Positions 35,763 through 45,023 of a stretch of DNA of 64,000 nt are shown one piece after another. Each line of letters begins with the position of its first letter. Positions within the stretch are counted from its first letter, which is position 1. The notes under the pieces are model-generated. The model saw only the letters and a list, made by a program, of their open reading frames with translations, was not told the origin of the DNA and did no database searches. The DNA is from Frankiaceae bacterium. GTDB lineage: Bacteria > Actinomycetota > Actinomycetes > BP-191. Position numbers and translations under genes: made by a program. Where the stretch lies: assembly GCA_035536815.1 (NCBI GenBank), contig DATLNJ010000082.1, forward strand, positions 20,435-84,434, read 5' to 3'.

Positions 35763-36499
35763 GCATCGCCCTCACCGACCGCGACCGGCGGCTCATCCAC
35801 GCGGCCTGGTCCCTCGGCGCCGCCACCCACACCACGCTGCGGGCACTCGTCACCCCCGAGACCCGGGCCAACACGCTGCGCCGACGGCTCCGCCTGCTGC
35901 ACACCGAGCGCTACCTCATCCAACGCCAGCACGTCGGACCCGCTGGATGCCTCTGGCTCTACAGCGCCGGGCCACGCGGGCTCCGCTCCACCGATGCCCG
36001 GCCCTGGCGACCGAGCCTCGCGCAGATCGAGCACACCGTCGCCGTCGGCTACACCATCGTCGCGCTCACCCGCCCCGGCTTCGTGCCCGGACTGCACGTG
36101 ACCGGATGGCAAGGCGAAGCCGAGCTCCGCTCCTGGGCGGCGCCCGGCGAGCCGTTCCCCGACGCCCGCATCACATGGGAACACGGCGGCGCATCCGGCG
36201 CGTGGCTCGTCGAGGTCGACCGCGGCACCGAGTCACGCAGCGCGTGGCGGCGCAAGCTCGTCCGATACCTCATCTCGGCCACCACCGAGACCGTGCTCGC
36301 GGTCACCACGACGCAGCGCCGCGCCGCCGGCTTGGCCGCCGTCGCCGCAGACATCGGAGTCGACCTGATCGCCACCACCATCGAGGACGTCGTGCGCGAG
36401 AACCCGGATGTAGTCGACGTGCGGACCGGGACGCGCGTTCCGTTGTCCGAGGCGGGGGTACGACGAGGACGCACCGCCGCCGTGTCCAGCCGTTCGTGA
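35759..36499 (+). CDS. replication-relaxation family protein (putative relaxase-type initiator)
   Basis: ATGA overlap with the coupling protein gene. The N-terminal winged-helix-like segment is LTDRDRRLIHAAWSLGAATHTTLRALV...RRRLRLLHTERYLIQR, and the DARITWE...VEVDRGTE block is typical of this family. Confidence 0.65.
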   Translation: MSIALTDRDRRLIHAAWSLGAATHTTLRALVTPETRANTLRRRLRLLHTERYLIQRQHVGPAGCLWLYSAGPRGLRSTDARPWRPSLAQIEHTVAVGYTIVALTRPGFVPGLHVTGWQGEAELRSWAAPGEPFPDARITWEHGGASGAWLVEVDRGTESRSAWRRKLVRYLISATTETVLAVTTTQRRAAGLAAVAADIGVDLIATTIEDVVRENPDVVDVRTGTRVPLSEAGVRRGRTAAVSSRS

Positions 36500-36725
36500 T
36501 GTCGCCTGCTGGCAGGCCCCGGCTACCACTCGTTGGCGAGGATAGGAAGGCGTGACAGCCGTGTCTCTCCCCGGCGTTCTAGTGCCGTGGCAGGCAACGT
36601 TTGCCTCATTGCTGGCGTGACTCCGAGCCGGCGTTACGGGTCACTCGCTCGAGGCAGATCGACGCCGAACGCGCTTCTCCTGGGCTGATGACACGCATGA
36701 GCGAGGGATCGCGGATAGCGAGGCG

Positions 36726-38228
36726 GTGGAGGATCGGAGAGAGCGCCATCTCGCGAAACGTCAGCTACGGAACGACGAGGGCACCCCGGGCACGAGGACG
36801 AGCGGACCGATACGTTTCGCCCCAGTTCAGGACATGGTGGAGGTGGGATCCGTGGTGTGGACGTATTCGACCCCTGGCCACGTCGATGACGATCTGCCCG
36901 ACAAGGTCAAGTCGGCGTGGCACGTAAAGATTCAGGAGATCGTCCGGGGCCGATTGGCGGAGATCGGGCGGATGAAGAGCGACGGCGGGATCATCCCGTT
37001 CATCGACCCAACTGCCGAAGCCGGGGTCCCCGATGCCCGAGAACCGCTTCCGGTGCGGTGGCCGGGCTTCCCCGCCCAAGTGGCCCTGACCGCGCCCAAC
37101 CCCCAGCAGGCGCTCATCGATGCTGAGCACAAAGGCTTGACCGACCTCCATCCCTCCGCGACCGATGTGGTCGATGAGTCGGGTGCGTCGGTCGACTGCC
37201 GAGTCCGCCACCGACAGGACGAGTATCTCGAGTGGGAGGCCGAGCACGACGCCGACGGGCGGCTGGTGGCGGTCACCTTCGTGGCGGAAGGGTACGACTA
37301 CTGGTCGTTCCTGTTCGAGAAGGACCCGGAGCGGGTGGCGAAGGCCTTCCGGGACTCGACCGGCGATCCCTCGATCACCCCGGATGACCTCGAGGCGCGG
37401 GGCGATCTGTTCGTGGTCCTCGCCGATGGACGCCAGGGACTGATCGTGAAGAAGGGGAAGTACAACCCGCGGCACCAGTTCAACCAGGGGCCGGGCATCC
37501 TGCACCTCTCGCACGACGCGAACTCGCTCGGAGCCGAGTTGAGGCTGGCGATCGACTCCTGTCTCGGCCGTGAAGTCATGCTCGACGGCAAGCTCGTCCT
37601 GCTCGATGGATCCGATCCCAAGCGGTTGATGTGCTGCTCTGAGGGTGGCGCGGTGAACCGGTCCAGCGACCCGATCATCGGCGCCGCAGCGTACGCGGCC
37701 GTCACCGCGCGCGAGCCCAGCCTGTTCACCCTCACCGACCCGGTCGGCCTCTATATCCGGTCCTTCAACCACGAGGCCCTCCGGCCACCCCCGGGTAGCG
37801 ATCCGATCTCTTCACAGGATGTGTGCGACGTGGAGCGTGGCACGGGCCTGCCGGACAACGTCGGGAAGAACGGCGACGAGTCTCGGATCCTCCGCCTCCG
37901 GGTGAGCGCCCCGGAAGGCGCGGGATACGTATTGGGCGAGATGACGGTGGGCCCGGTGCCGCTGACGTCGGGAGCGCAGCTGGCCCAGCTGGTCGACATG
38001 CAGCTGTTCGTCGACATCTGGCCATCCCCGGGACCGGCCCGACGAGTGGCGTGCACGGGCGCGTGCTGCATCGGCGAGGCCCAGATCCTGGTTCCGGTCA
38101 AGCCCACCCAGACCTGCGGGCCCGGACTGGTCGATGCCTTTCCCGAACTCCGCCCGGAACAAGCAACACCCGTCCCTAGTGCGCCCAAGGCGATGGGCCG
38201 TGGCGGACGACGCATAAGGGACCTCTGA
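36726..38228 (+). CDS. hypothetical protein (about 465-500 aa), no family recognised
   Basis: Non-junk composition from about MVEVGSVVW (36834). It has a Cys-rich C-terminus (ACTGACCIGEAQ...TCGPG). Its stop lies 3 nt before the DyP start. Confidence 0.6.
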   Translation: MEDRRERHLAKRQLRNDEGTPGTRTSGPIRFAPVQDMVEVGSVVWTYSTPGHVDDDLPDKVKSAWHVKIQEIVRGRLAEIGRMKSDGGIIPFIDPTAEAGVPDAREPLPVRWPGFPAQVALTAPNPQQALIDAEHKGLTDLHPSATDVVDESGASVDCRVRHRQDEYLEWEAEHDADGRLVAVTFVAEGYDYWSFLFEKDPERVAKAFRDSTGDPSITPDDLEARGDLFVVLADGRQGLIVKKGKYNPRHQFNQGPGILHLSHDANSLGAELRLAIDSCLGREVMLDGKLVLLDGSDPKRLMCCSEGGAVNRSSDPIIGAAAYAAVTAREPSLFTLTDPVGLYIRSFNHEALRPPPGSDPISSQDVCDVERGTGLPDNVGKNGDESRILRLRVSAPEGAGYVLGEMTVGPVPLTSGAQLAQLVDMQLFVDIWPSPGPARRVACTGACCIGEAQILVPVKPTQTCGPGLVDAFPELRPEQATPVPSAPKAMGRGGRRIRDL

Positions 38229-38231
38229 CCG

Positions 38232-39710
38232 ATGACGACCATCCTCCCGGGTGAACCTGAGTTGGAAGTCGACGACATCCAGGCGCACGTGCTCATCGGG
38301 TTCGGGAGCACAGAGCAGGCGATCGGTGCCTTCACCGGCGACGACCTGCCCGCCCTCGGCGCCGTGCTCGCGGACTGGGCGGCCCGGGGACGCTTCAGGT
38401 CCGCCCGCGACCTCATGCCCCGGAAGGGCCTCAACGCCCGCCGCTTCCTTGCCGGCGCCGACATCCGCCACGACCGCACGTCCGGACCCTGGCTCGCGGC
38501 GGCCGTGTCGAAGCGCCTGCTCGCCGCCTGCGGCGTCCCGCACCAGTTCGACGACCTCTGGTTCTCCGCCGAGTCGATGCTGGAGGTCCCGGAGCTGGGC
38601 GATCGGCTGCCAGCCGGCGGCGGCCAGCTCGGCGATGACTGGGAGGTCGGCAACGGCGAGCGGCCGGTCGACGTCCTGCTGGTCGTGGGAGCCGCTCGCG
38701 CCTCGGCGGCCGACGAGATTCTGGACTGGTTCCTCGCGGCGGCGGGACCGACCGCACGCGAGGTCTACCGGGAGGAACTCCTTCCCATCGAGGGCAGCCT
38801 GGAGCATTTCGGGTTCCGGGACGGGATCTCGCAGCCAGGGGTTCTCGGCCTCGTGGGCGGCGAGCCGTTCGAAGCGTTCCGCCAAGAAGATGCCACGACC
38901 TTTCCCGAAGGTCTCCCGGGCCAGGACCTGATCTGGCCGGGTGAGTTCCTGTTCGGCTACCCGTCGCAGGGTCCGGTTCCCCGGGTCCGTGCGCCGATCC
39001 GGAGGCTCGCCGACGCCGACACGGACGCGATCGCGCGGAACGGGTCGTACCTCGTATTCCGCCGGCTCCTCCAGAACGTCGCCGCGTTCCGCGCGTTCTG
39101 CGACGCGAAGGCCGCGGAGATCCGTCACCTCCATCCAGAGGCGGACGGGGACTGGCTTGCCACCCGCTTCGTTGGCCGGACCACCGCTGGAGGGCCGCTC
39201 GTCAGCGAACCGGGTGCGCCGTTCGATCCCGATGCATCGAACGACTTCAGGTTCGATGGCGATCCCATGACCTCGGGCTGCCCGCTGGCTGCGCACATCC
39301 GTAAGGTGAACCCTCGGCGCGGGCCCAGTGATCAGCAGATCAACCCGAGGATCATCCGGCGTGGCGCACCTTTCGGCAGGCAGCACGAACCGGGCGAGAT
39401 GGCGCCGCCCGGGCGCGGCCGGGGCCTGGTGTTCCTCAGCTACCAGCGGAGCATCGACCAGCAGTTCAACACTGTGATCGTCCGCTGGATGAACGATCCG
39501 TCGAACCCCAGCGGCGGCGGCCACGACATGCTCATGGGCCAGCCGGGCCGCGGTGAGTCCCGTCACTTCACGGTGCCTGGCGAGCCCGACGACACCGAGG
39601 TCGTGGCGGGCCCCTCCGAGGCATGGGTACACACGACGGGCGGCGCGTTCTTGTTCGCTCCGTCGATCTCCACGCTCACCCGACTCGGCAACCCCACGGA
39701 GGCACGATGA
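38232..39710 (+). CDS. DyP-type haem peroxidase
   Basis: The GxxDG motif is FGFRDGISQPGV. The proximal-His region is AAHIRKVNPR, followed by IIRRGAPFG and FLSYQRSIDQQFN. These are all characteristic DyP blocks. Confidence 0.85.
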   Translation: MTTILPGEPELEVDDIQAHVLIGFGSTEQAIGAFTGDDLPALGAVLADWAARGRFRSARDLMPRKGLNARRFLAGADIRHDRTSGPWLAAAVSKRLLAACGVPHQFDDLWFSAESMLEVPELGDRLPAGGGQLGDDWEVGNGERPVDVLLVVGAARASAADEILDWFLAAAGPTAREVYREELLPIEGSLEHFGFRDGISQPGVLGLVGGEPFEAFRQEDATTFPEGLPGQDLIWPGEFLFGYPSQGPVPRVRAPIRRLADADTDAIARNGSYLVFRRLLQNVAAFRAFCDAKAAEIRHLHPEADGDWLATRFVGRTTAGGPLVSEPGAPFDPDASNDFRFDGDPMTSGCPLAAHIRKVNPRRGPSDQQINPRIIRRGAPFGRQHEPGEMAPPGRGRGLVFLSYQRSIDQQFNTVIVRWMNDPSNPSGGGHDMLMGQPGRGESRHFTVPGEPDDTEVVAGPSEAWVHTTGGAFLFAPSISTLTRLGNPTEAR

Positions 39711-39925
39711 CCGACGAGGTCATCTACCACGTCATCTACTTCAACCCGGAGGACGCCCCTGGCCGGTACGTTCTGCGGCGCTGGCACCAGGGCGAGAACG
39801 GCACCCAACCGGGCGATAGCGCCGTGTTCGACTCGCTGGAGGACGCGCGCGCCGCGCTGCCTGAAGGCGTCGAGCTGACGAACTTCCCCGAGCCCGATCC
39901 GGTGATCGTCGAGGTGTGGTGGTGA
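39707..39925 (+). CDS. small hypothetical protein (72 aa)
   Basis: Its ATG overlaps the DyP stop (ATGA). The composition is acidic and non-junk (MTDEVIYHVIYFNPEDAPGRYVLRRWHQGENG...). Confidence 0.5.
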   Translation: MTDEVIYHVIYFNPEDAPGRYVLRRWHQGENGTQPGDSAVFDSLEDARAALPEGVELTNFPEPDPVIVEVWW

Positions 39926-39974
39926 GCCGGCCCGGGCCGTCCGTGCGACCCCACGTGAACGACAGGATCACCCC

Positions 39975-41567
39975 ATGACCGCCATTGGTCCGGTACCGCC
40001 CGACACGAGCTGCGGCGCGCTGAGCAACCTCACGGGCCTCGAGCCGACGAAGATTCACCGGTTCATCGTGGGGCGAGACCAGACGCCGGCGATGATGGAC
40101 GTGCGCGAGCTCGGCGACCCGTTCGCCGCGATCGTGCTGTCGTCTGACCCTCCGCCGGCGACGGCTGAGGACGTCATTGCCCGGTTCCGGGCCGCGTTCA
40201 CCGAGGACGACCCGCGGGCGCTGGAGCGGTCCTTCCTCGTCGGGGAGGGTTCCCAGATCCCCGCGGGCGACCTCGACCCTGGCGCCCGGACGGTGCGCTT
40301 CGTTGTCGCGCTCGGCACCGACCCTGTGGACGTGATCCTGAGTGCATTCAGCCCCGACAGCACCTCCGTCGAGGTCATGGCGTGGGACGAGCAGGCGACG
40401 GGGTTCAACTTCTACCGAACGTCGGCGGACGGCGCCTGGGTGTTCGGCGGCAACTCGCGGGACGCGCTCGAGATCGACACGGACGGCAAGGGGCCGTTCG
40501 AGAGCCACACGAGCGGCAGCCTCCTCATGAAGGAGCTGCGCTTCCCGTGGGTCCACTGGCACTCCGACGCGGCCGACGCCCTCGTCGACCCAGCGGTGCT
40601 CCAGCCTGCGATCGCCACGCATCGATGGGCCCGAACCGTAGCCCAGAGCGGGACGCTCGCCGGGGCCGAGATCTGCGAGACGCAAGTGGCGATCCCTTCG
40701 ATCAAACGCTGGACCGACGCTCGGTTCGCGGCGATGCGATCGGGGAGGTTGCCTGTCCGTGCCGGGCGCGTGATGCGGCAGGTCCTTACCTGCCCGACCG
40801 TGAACCTCGTCACCAGCAACACCAAGACCAGGGACGTGACTGCGGCGACGGCGGTCGATCTACCCGCCGCGTTCTTCGTGGACGTCGAGACACTGTGTCG
40901 AGCCGACGGCCTGGGTCTCGCGCCACCTCCAGTGATCGCCGTGTCGGGCGAGTCGTTCCTCGCCCTCGTCGACGAGCTCGACGTCCACCTCGATGACGGC
41001 CGGGGTTTCCACCGAGACGGCGACACCTTCTTCCCGTTTCTCGTGCCCGAGCGGGCGTTCGAGGACATCGCGGCGGCCCTCGCCGGCATCGACTTCCTCT
41101 ACCTCGACCGGCTGCTCGCGGCGCTGCTGCTGGTCGACCTGTCGAGCCCCGTCTTCTCGTCGGAGCGGTCGACTCTCCTTCCTCTGATCGCGTCGGACGA
41201 CGATGTTCCCGAGAGCACCGCGGTCTTCTCCGAGGTGATGGCGGAACGGGTCCGAACCCGAGCACCCGAGCCGGCGAAGGCCGCGTTCCTCGAAGTGTGG
41301 GACGCGGGCGACGCGTGGCGGGACGTGGCGAACAGCCGCCTGGGCGCCTACTACGCCCGGTTGACGGCACGCCTGACCGACGATCCGACGAGCGCCTTCC
41401 GCGACTGGTTCAAGGTGGCCGAATCTCGTCGGCGCCACGCCGCGATCGACCTGCACCTGCCCATCTTCGAGTTTGCCCTCCTCATGTCGCGGTGCAACAT
41501 CCCTGCGAACCAGCGGTTCCAACTCCTCCTGGACGGCAACGTGCGCCAGACCACCATCGACGCCTGA
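39975..41567 (+). CDS. hypothetical protein (530 aa), no family recognised
   Basis: Long ORF with balanced composition on the same strand, 49 nt after the small ORF. The segment VEVMAWDEQATGFNFYRTSADG loosely echoes EYLEWEAEHDADGRLVAVTFVAEGYDYW in the 36726 protein. Confidence 0.65.
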   Translation: MTAIGPVPPDTSCGALSNLTGLEPTKIHRFIVGRDQTPAMMDVRELGDPFAAIVLSSDPPPATAEDVIARFRAAFTEDDPRALERSFLVGEGSQIPAGDLDPGARTVRFVVALGTDPVDVILSAFSPDSTSVEVMAWDEQATGFNFYRTSADGAWVFGGNSRDALEIDTDGKGPFESHTSGSLLMKELRFPWVHWHSDAADALVDPAVLQPAIATHRWARTVAQSGTLAGAEICETQVAIPSIKRWTDARFAAMRSGRLPVRAGRVMRQVLTCPTVNLVTSNTKTRDVTAATAVDLPAAFFVDVETLCRADGLGLAPPPVIAVSGESFLALVDELDVHLDDGRGFHRDGDTFFPFLVPERAFEDIAAALAGIDFLYLDRLLAALLLVDLSSPVFSSERSTLLPLIASDDDVPESTAVFSEVMAERVRTRAPEPAKAAFLEVWDAGDAWRDVANSRLGAYYARLTARLTDDPTSAFRDWFKVAESRRRHAAIDLHLPIFEFALLMSRCNIPANQRFQLLLDGNVRQTTIDA

Positions 41568-41857
41568 CCAAGGACGTCCAAGCTCGTTCTGCTAACGAAT
41601 GGCAGGAGCCGTCCCCGAAGTGCCGTTGTAGGACAGGGCGAACGTTGCCTGACGCGGCACTAGGAGCACCCGATTCGCTCGGGCTCAGACGTTCTCGCGA
41701 ATTAGACGACCATGTCGAGGCGCGCCGGGCCGCGGGCCGCGCATCCTGCGGGGCCGCCCCTCCAAGTTCAAGGGCGCTCGCTTCGCTCGCGTCGCTGCGC
41801 GACCGCCTGCGGCGGCCCTTGATCTTGGAGCCTCTGCGACCCCTCCGGACAGGAAGA

Positions 41858-41884
41858 GCGGGCAGGCAGGAACGGCCTGCCCGC
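41858..41884 (+). terminator. GC-rich hairpin downstream of the DyP operon (possible intrinsic terminator without a U-tract)
   Basis: GCGGGCAGGC-aggaacg-GCCTGCCCGC, a 10-bp perfect stem. It lies ~290 nt after the stop at 41567. Confidence 0.35.
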
Positions 41885-41987
41885 TGGGCGCGCGGCCCGC
41901 GGCGAGGGGCGCGTGGCGGTCGCCCTGGAAACCCCCGTGGTTTGTGGCGCGATGCGTGCTTACTCTCGGAGGTGGGAGGGGTGCGCT

Positions 41988-42674
41988 ATGCGGGTCGTCG
42001 TCGTCGAGGACAAGCCCGCGCTGCGCTCGTATCTCGTGCCGCTGCTGGAGCGCGACGGGTTCGACGTCGAGGCGTTCGGCACCGGGAGCGAGGCACTCGC
42101 GGCGATCCGCGACCGCCGGCCGGACGTCGTCCTGCTCGACGTCGGCCTGCCGGACCTGTCGGGCCTGGACGTGTGCCGCGAGATTCGCCGCCTGCCGGAG
42201 TACGTGCCGGTGGTGATGCTGACCGGATTGGACTCGGCCGAGGACGAGCTGCGCGGCTTCGACGCCAAGGCGGACGACTACGTCACGAAGCCGGTAGTTC
42301 CGGAGCTGCTCGTCGCCCGCATCCGCGCGCTGCTGCGCCGCACGTCTGCGGCGCGCGACGGTCACGTCGTGGCACTCGGGTCGGTCGAGGTCGACCTGCG
42401 CGCGCGTGAGGCACGCCGCGACGGCGCGCCCATCCCGTTGGGCGCGAAGGAGTTCGCGCTCCTCGCGTTCCTGATCGAGCACCCCGGCCAGGTGTTCGGC
42501 AAGACGCAACTGCTCAACCATGTGTGGGGACCGGACTACGACGGCGACACCCACGCCGTCGAGAGCCGCATGTCCCGCCTGCGAGTAGCGATCGAAGACA
42601 ACCCGAACCAGCCCGCGCACCTGCACAGCCGCCGCGGCGTCGGCTACTACCTCACGCTGGAGCCGAAGCCATGA
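41988..42674 (+). CDS. OmpR/PhoB-family response regulator
   Basis: The receiver is MRVVVVEDKPALR...DVVLLDVGLPDLSG...KADDYVTKP. The winged-helix output is EFALLAFLIEHPGQVF...VESRMSRLR. GGAGG-rich RBS upstream. Confidence 0.9.
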   Translation: MRVVVVEDKPALRSYLVPLLERDGFDVEAFGTGSEALAAIRDRRPDVVLLDVGLPDLSGLDVCREIRRLPEYVPVVMLTGLDSAEDELRGFDAKADDYVTKPVVPELLVARIRALLRRTSAARDGHVVALGSVEVDLRAREARRDGAPIPLGAKEFALLAFLIEHPGQVFGKTQLLNHVWGPDYDGDTHAVESRMSRLRVAIEDNPNQPAHLHSRRGVGYYLTLEPKP

Positions 42675-43657
42675 CCCTCGCGCTGCTCGTGACCGTGTGG
42701 CTGCTGCTGGCGGCGGTGCCGTTCGCGTGGTGGCTGACGACGCGTCGGCGGGTAGACGTGTGGCGGTCGCTTCCCGTCCCGGCGGCGTTGCTCGACGCCG
42801 ACCGGCGGGTGCGGGACCAAGCGGGGCCGGTGTCCGAGGTCACGTTCGACGTCTCGGCCGGGCTACCCGCACGCGGGCACGTGATCCGCGGTCGCTCGTC
42901 CGACGGCACTCCCATCGCGTTGGCGGGCGTCCGCGGTGGTGCGCTCGCCGTCGCGTTGCCGCGCGACCCGGTCGCCGACCGGCGCGACCACGTGCTCGCC
43001 GAGCTGGGCAGCCGGCTCGCGCACGACATCAACACCCCGCTCGACGCGCTGCGCGGGCACCTCGACCTCATCGCGCACGAGCCGATCTCCGACCCGGCCC
43101 GCGACTCCGTTCGCACCTGCCAGCGCGAGCTCGCCCGGTTGCAGACCACCGCGCAAGACCTCCTCGCGTTCACCCGGCTCCGCGCCGGCGGCGGCCGCCG
43201 CGTGCAGCACCTTGCGGGGGCGCTCGCCGAGGAGGCCGTCGCCGCGCTGCTCGACCGCGCCGACGCGCTCGGCGCGACGCTGACCGTGGACGTGCCGAGC
43301 GAGCGCGTCGTCGTCGATGTCGCGGAGGGCGACCTGCTCCGCGCGCTGCGGAACCTTGTCGGCAACGCGCTCACGCACGGTCTCGGCGAGCGCCGCGACG
43401 TCCAGGTGACGGTCAGCGCCGACACCGACACGGTGACGTTCGCCGTTGCCGACTCCGGACCCGGCCTCACCTCAGACGACCTCGCCCGGCTCTCGCAGCC
43501 GCTCGTCCGCGGCGACGGCGTGACCACCACCGGCAGCGGACTCGGGCTTGCCATCGTCAACGAGGTGCTCGCCGCCCACGGCTCCGCGCTCGACGTCGCA
43601 CCGCGCGACGGCGGCGGCACTGTCCTTTCCTTCGTGCTGCCGCGGGTCGCGCCGTGA
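42671..43657 (+). CDS. sensor histidine kinase
   Basis: ATGA overlap with the response regulator. One N-terminal TM segment, H-box LGSRLAHDINTPLDAL, N box LRNLVGNALTHG and G box DSGPGL...GSGLGLAIV. Confidence 0.85.
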   Translation: MTLALLVTVWLLLAAVPFAWWLTTRRRVDVWRSLPVPAALLDADRRVRDQAGPVSEVTFDVSAGLPARGHVIRGRSSDGTPIALAGVRGGALAVALPRDPVADRRDHVLAELGSRLAHDINTPLDALRGHLDLIAHEPISDPARDSVRTCQRELARLQTTAQDLLAFTRLRAGGGRRVQHLAGALAEEAVAALLDRADALGATLTVDVPSERVVVDVAEGDLLRALRNLVGNALTHGLGERRDVQVTVSADTDTVTFAVADSGPGLTSDDLARLSQPLVRGDGVTTTGSGLGLAIVNEVLAAHGSALDVAPRDGGGTVLSFVLPRVAP

Positions 43658-44265
43658 CTCCCGCCGCCCGCGGCGTCGGCGTGCCGCGCGCGGTCGTTGC
43701 GGCCTGGGCGCTTTCCACCCTGCTCGGCGGAACCGCGGTCGGCGTCGCCGCCACCCGACCGGAACCGCAGCCGCGCACGTTGAGCCCACGCACCGCCGCC
43801 CGCTACCTCGCCGACCTCGTGCCCGCACCCCGTGAGGACGTCCGCGTCAACGGCATCTACGGCTCCGGGCACGCCGGCGCCTGGCAGTTCGTCGCGCACG
43901 TCACGTGGCGCGACGCGAACGGCGCCATCAACGGCGGCGTCACCAACCTGCCCATCCTCGCCGGCAGCGCGCCGTGGGACAGCCCCGTCGACTCGTCTAC
44001 GTTCCCGCACGAGCACGAGATCGGCTGGACCCTCGACCAACTCGACGCCGTTCTTCGCAAGGCCCGCGACGTCGATGCCGAACTCGCGATGGTCGAACTC
44101 GAAGTCACCGCTGCGCGGGACTCCGTGATCGCCTGCCACGCTCGGCGCGCAGACGTGCTCGGGCACTGCGTCGAACGCAACCGGCGAGGCCGGGAACTAC
44201 GCCGGTTCGACGCCGCGCTCACCGACAACCCACTCGGACAGGCCACCGCGGTACAGCGCGCGTAG
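43654..44265 (+). CDS. hypothetical exported/membrane-anchored protein
   Basis: Its GTG overlaps the kinase stop (GTGA). The N-terminal hydrophobic segment is VVAAWALSTLLGGTAVGVAA. The remainder has balanced composition. Confidence 0.5.
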   Translation: MTPAARGVGVPRAVVAAWALSTLLGGTAVGVAATRPEPQPRTLSPRTAARYLADLVPAPREDVRVNGIYGSGHAGAWQFVAHVTWRDANGAINGGVTNLPILAGSAPWDSPVDSSTFPHEHEIGWTLDQLDAVLRKARDVDAELAMVELEVTAARDSVIACHARRADVLGHCVERNRRGRELRRFDAALTDNPLGQATAVQRA

Positions 44266-44330
44266 GCGCCGGTCCTGTGGACGACGCAGACCATCGGTAG
44301 CCGCTATCCACAGATTCGAAATCGACCCAC

Positions 44331-44612
44331 CTACCGCCGGTCGTTGGGTGGGAGACTCTTACTGTGAGTAAGAGCACCGTCGAAGTCGAAGAGCCAAGCA
44401 GGCGGGACACGCAGCGCGTCGGCTATCGCGAACACGACGTCCAGTGTCGGGTTGCGCTGGCCGTGCTCGATGCCGGACACGTAGCCGCCCGTGACACCCG
44501 CTCGCGCGGCTACGTCGAGTTGGCTGATCCCGGCTGCTTCCCGAAGGTCGCGAACTCGACGGCCGAACCGGACGCGAGGGTGCTCTCGCTTGTCCGGGGT
44601 TTCTCGCGACAC
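44331..44612 (-). CDS. XRE-family HTH transcriptional regulator
   Basis: FGRRVRDLREAAGISQLDVAARAGVTGGYVSGIEHGQRNPTLDVVFAIADAL is a canonical Cro/C1-type HTH. Confidence 0.8.
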   Translation of the reverse strand: MSRETPDKREHPRVRFGRRVRDLREAAGISQLDVAARAGVTGGYVSGIEHGQRNPTLDVVFAIADALRVPPAWLFDFDGALTHSKSLPPNDRR

Positions 44613-44658
44613 TCGCCCACTTTATGGCCGCTCCGCCACCCAACCTCAAGGAGGCTCT

Positions 44659-45009
44659 ATGACTGACCTTTCGCCCACGCTCGTAGACGACAGCAACCGC
44701 ACCTACCTCGTGCTCCGGGTTGCAGTCGCGCACGATCACGCCGAGGCAGCCGCGGCGACGGGGACGCGCTGGTGCGCCGACGTCGCCGATGCCGCCAGCC
44801 CACTCGCCGGCCTCTACACGTTCGCGGACTCTCTGCCCGCGGTCCGCAACGCGATCGCGACGCTCGCGTGGACGGCAGTCGCCGCGGGCGAGCTGCGCCC
44901 GTACGGCATCGACGCGGACAACGTCGCCGGCATCCACGTCGTCACCACGACCTGCGACGTGTACGAGGCGGCGTGGCTCGCCACCGCCGTCGCCAACGAC
45001 GCGGCCTGA
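44659..45009 (+). CDS. hypothetical protein (116 aa)
   Basis: ATG is preceded by AAGGAGG (44648-44654). It is divergent from the XRE gene. Confidence 0.5.
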   Translation: MTDLSPTLVDDSNRTYLVLRVAVAHDHAEAAAATGTRWCADVADAASPLAGLYTFADSLPAVRNAIATLAWTAVAAGELRPYGIDADNVAGIHVVTTTCDVYEAAWLATAVANDAA

Positions 45010-45023
45010 GAGGGGGGACACCC

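Noticed and set aside
41685-42626. 313-aa minus-strand ORF antisense to the response regulator
   Set aside because: The plus-strand frame encodes a textbook OmpR-family regulator. The antisense frame has no motifs and a skewed composition.
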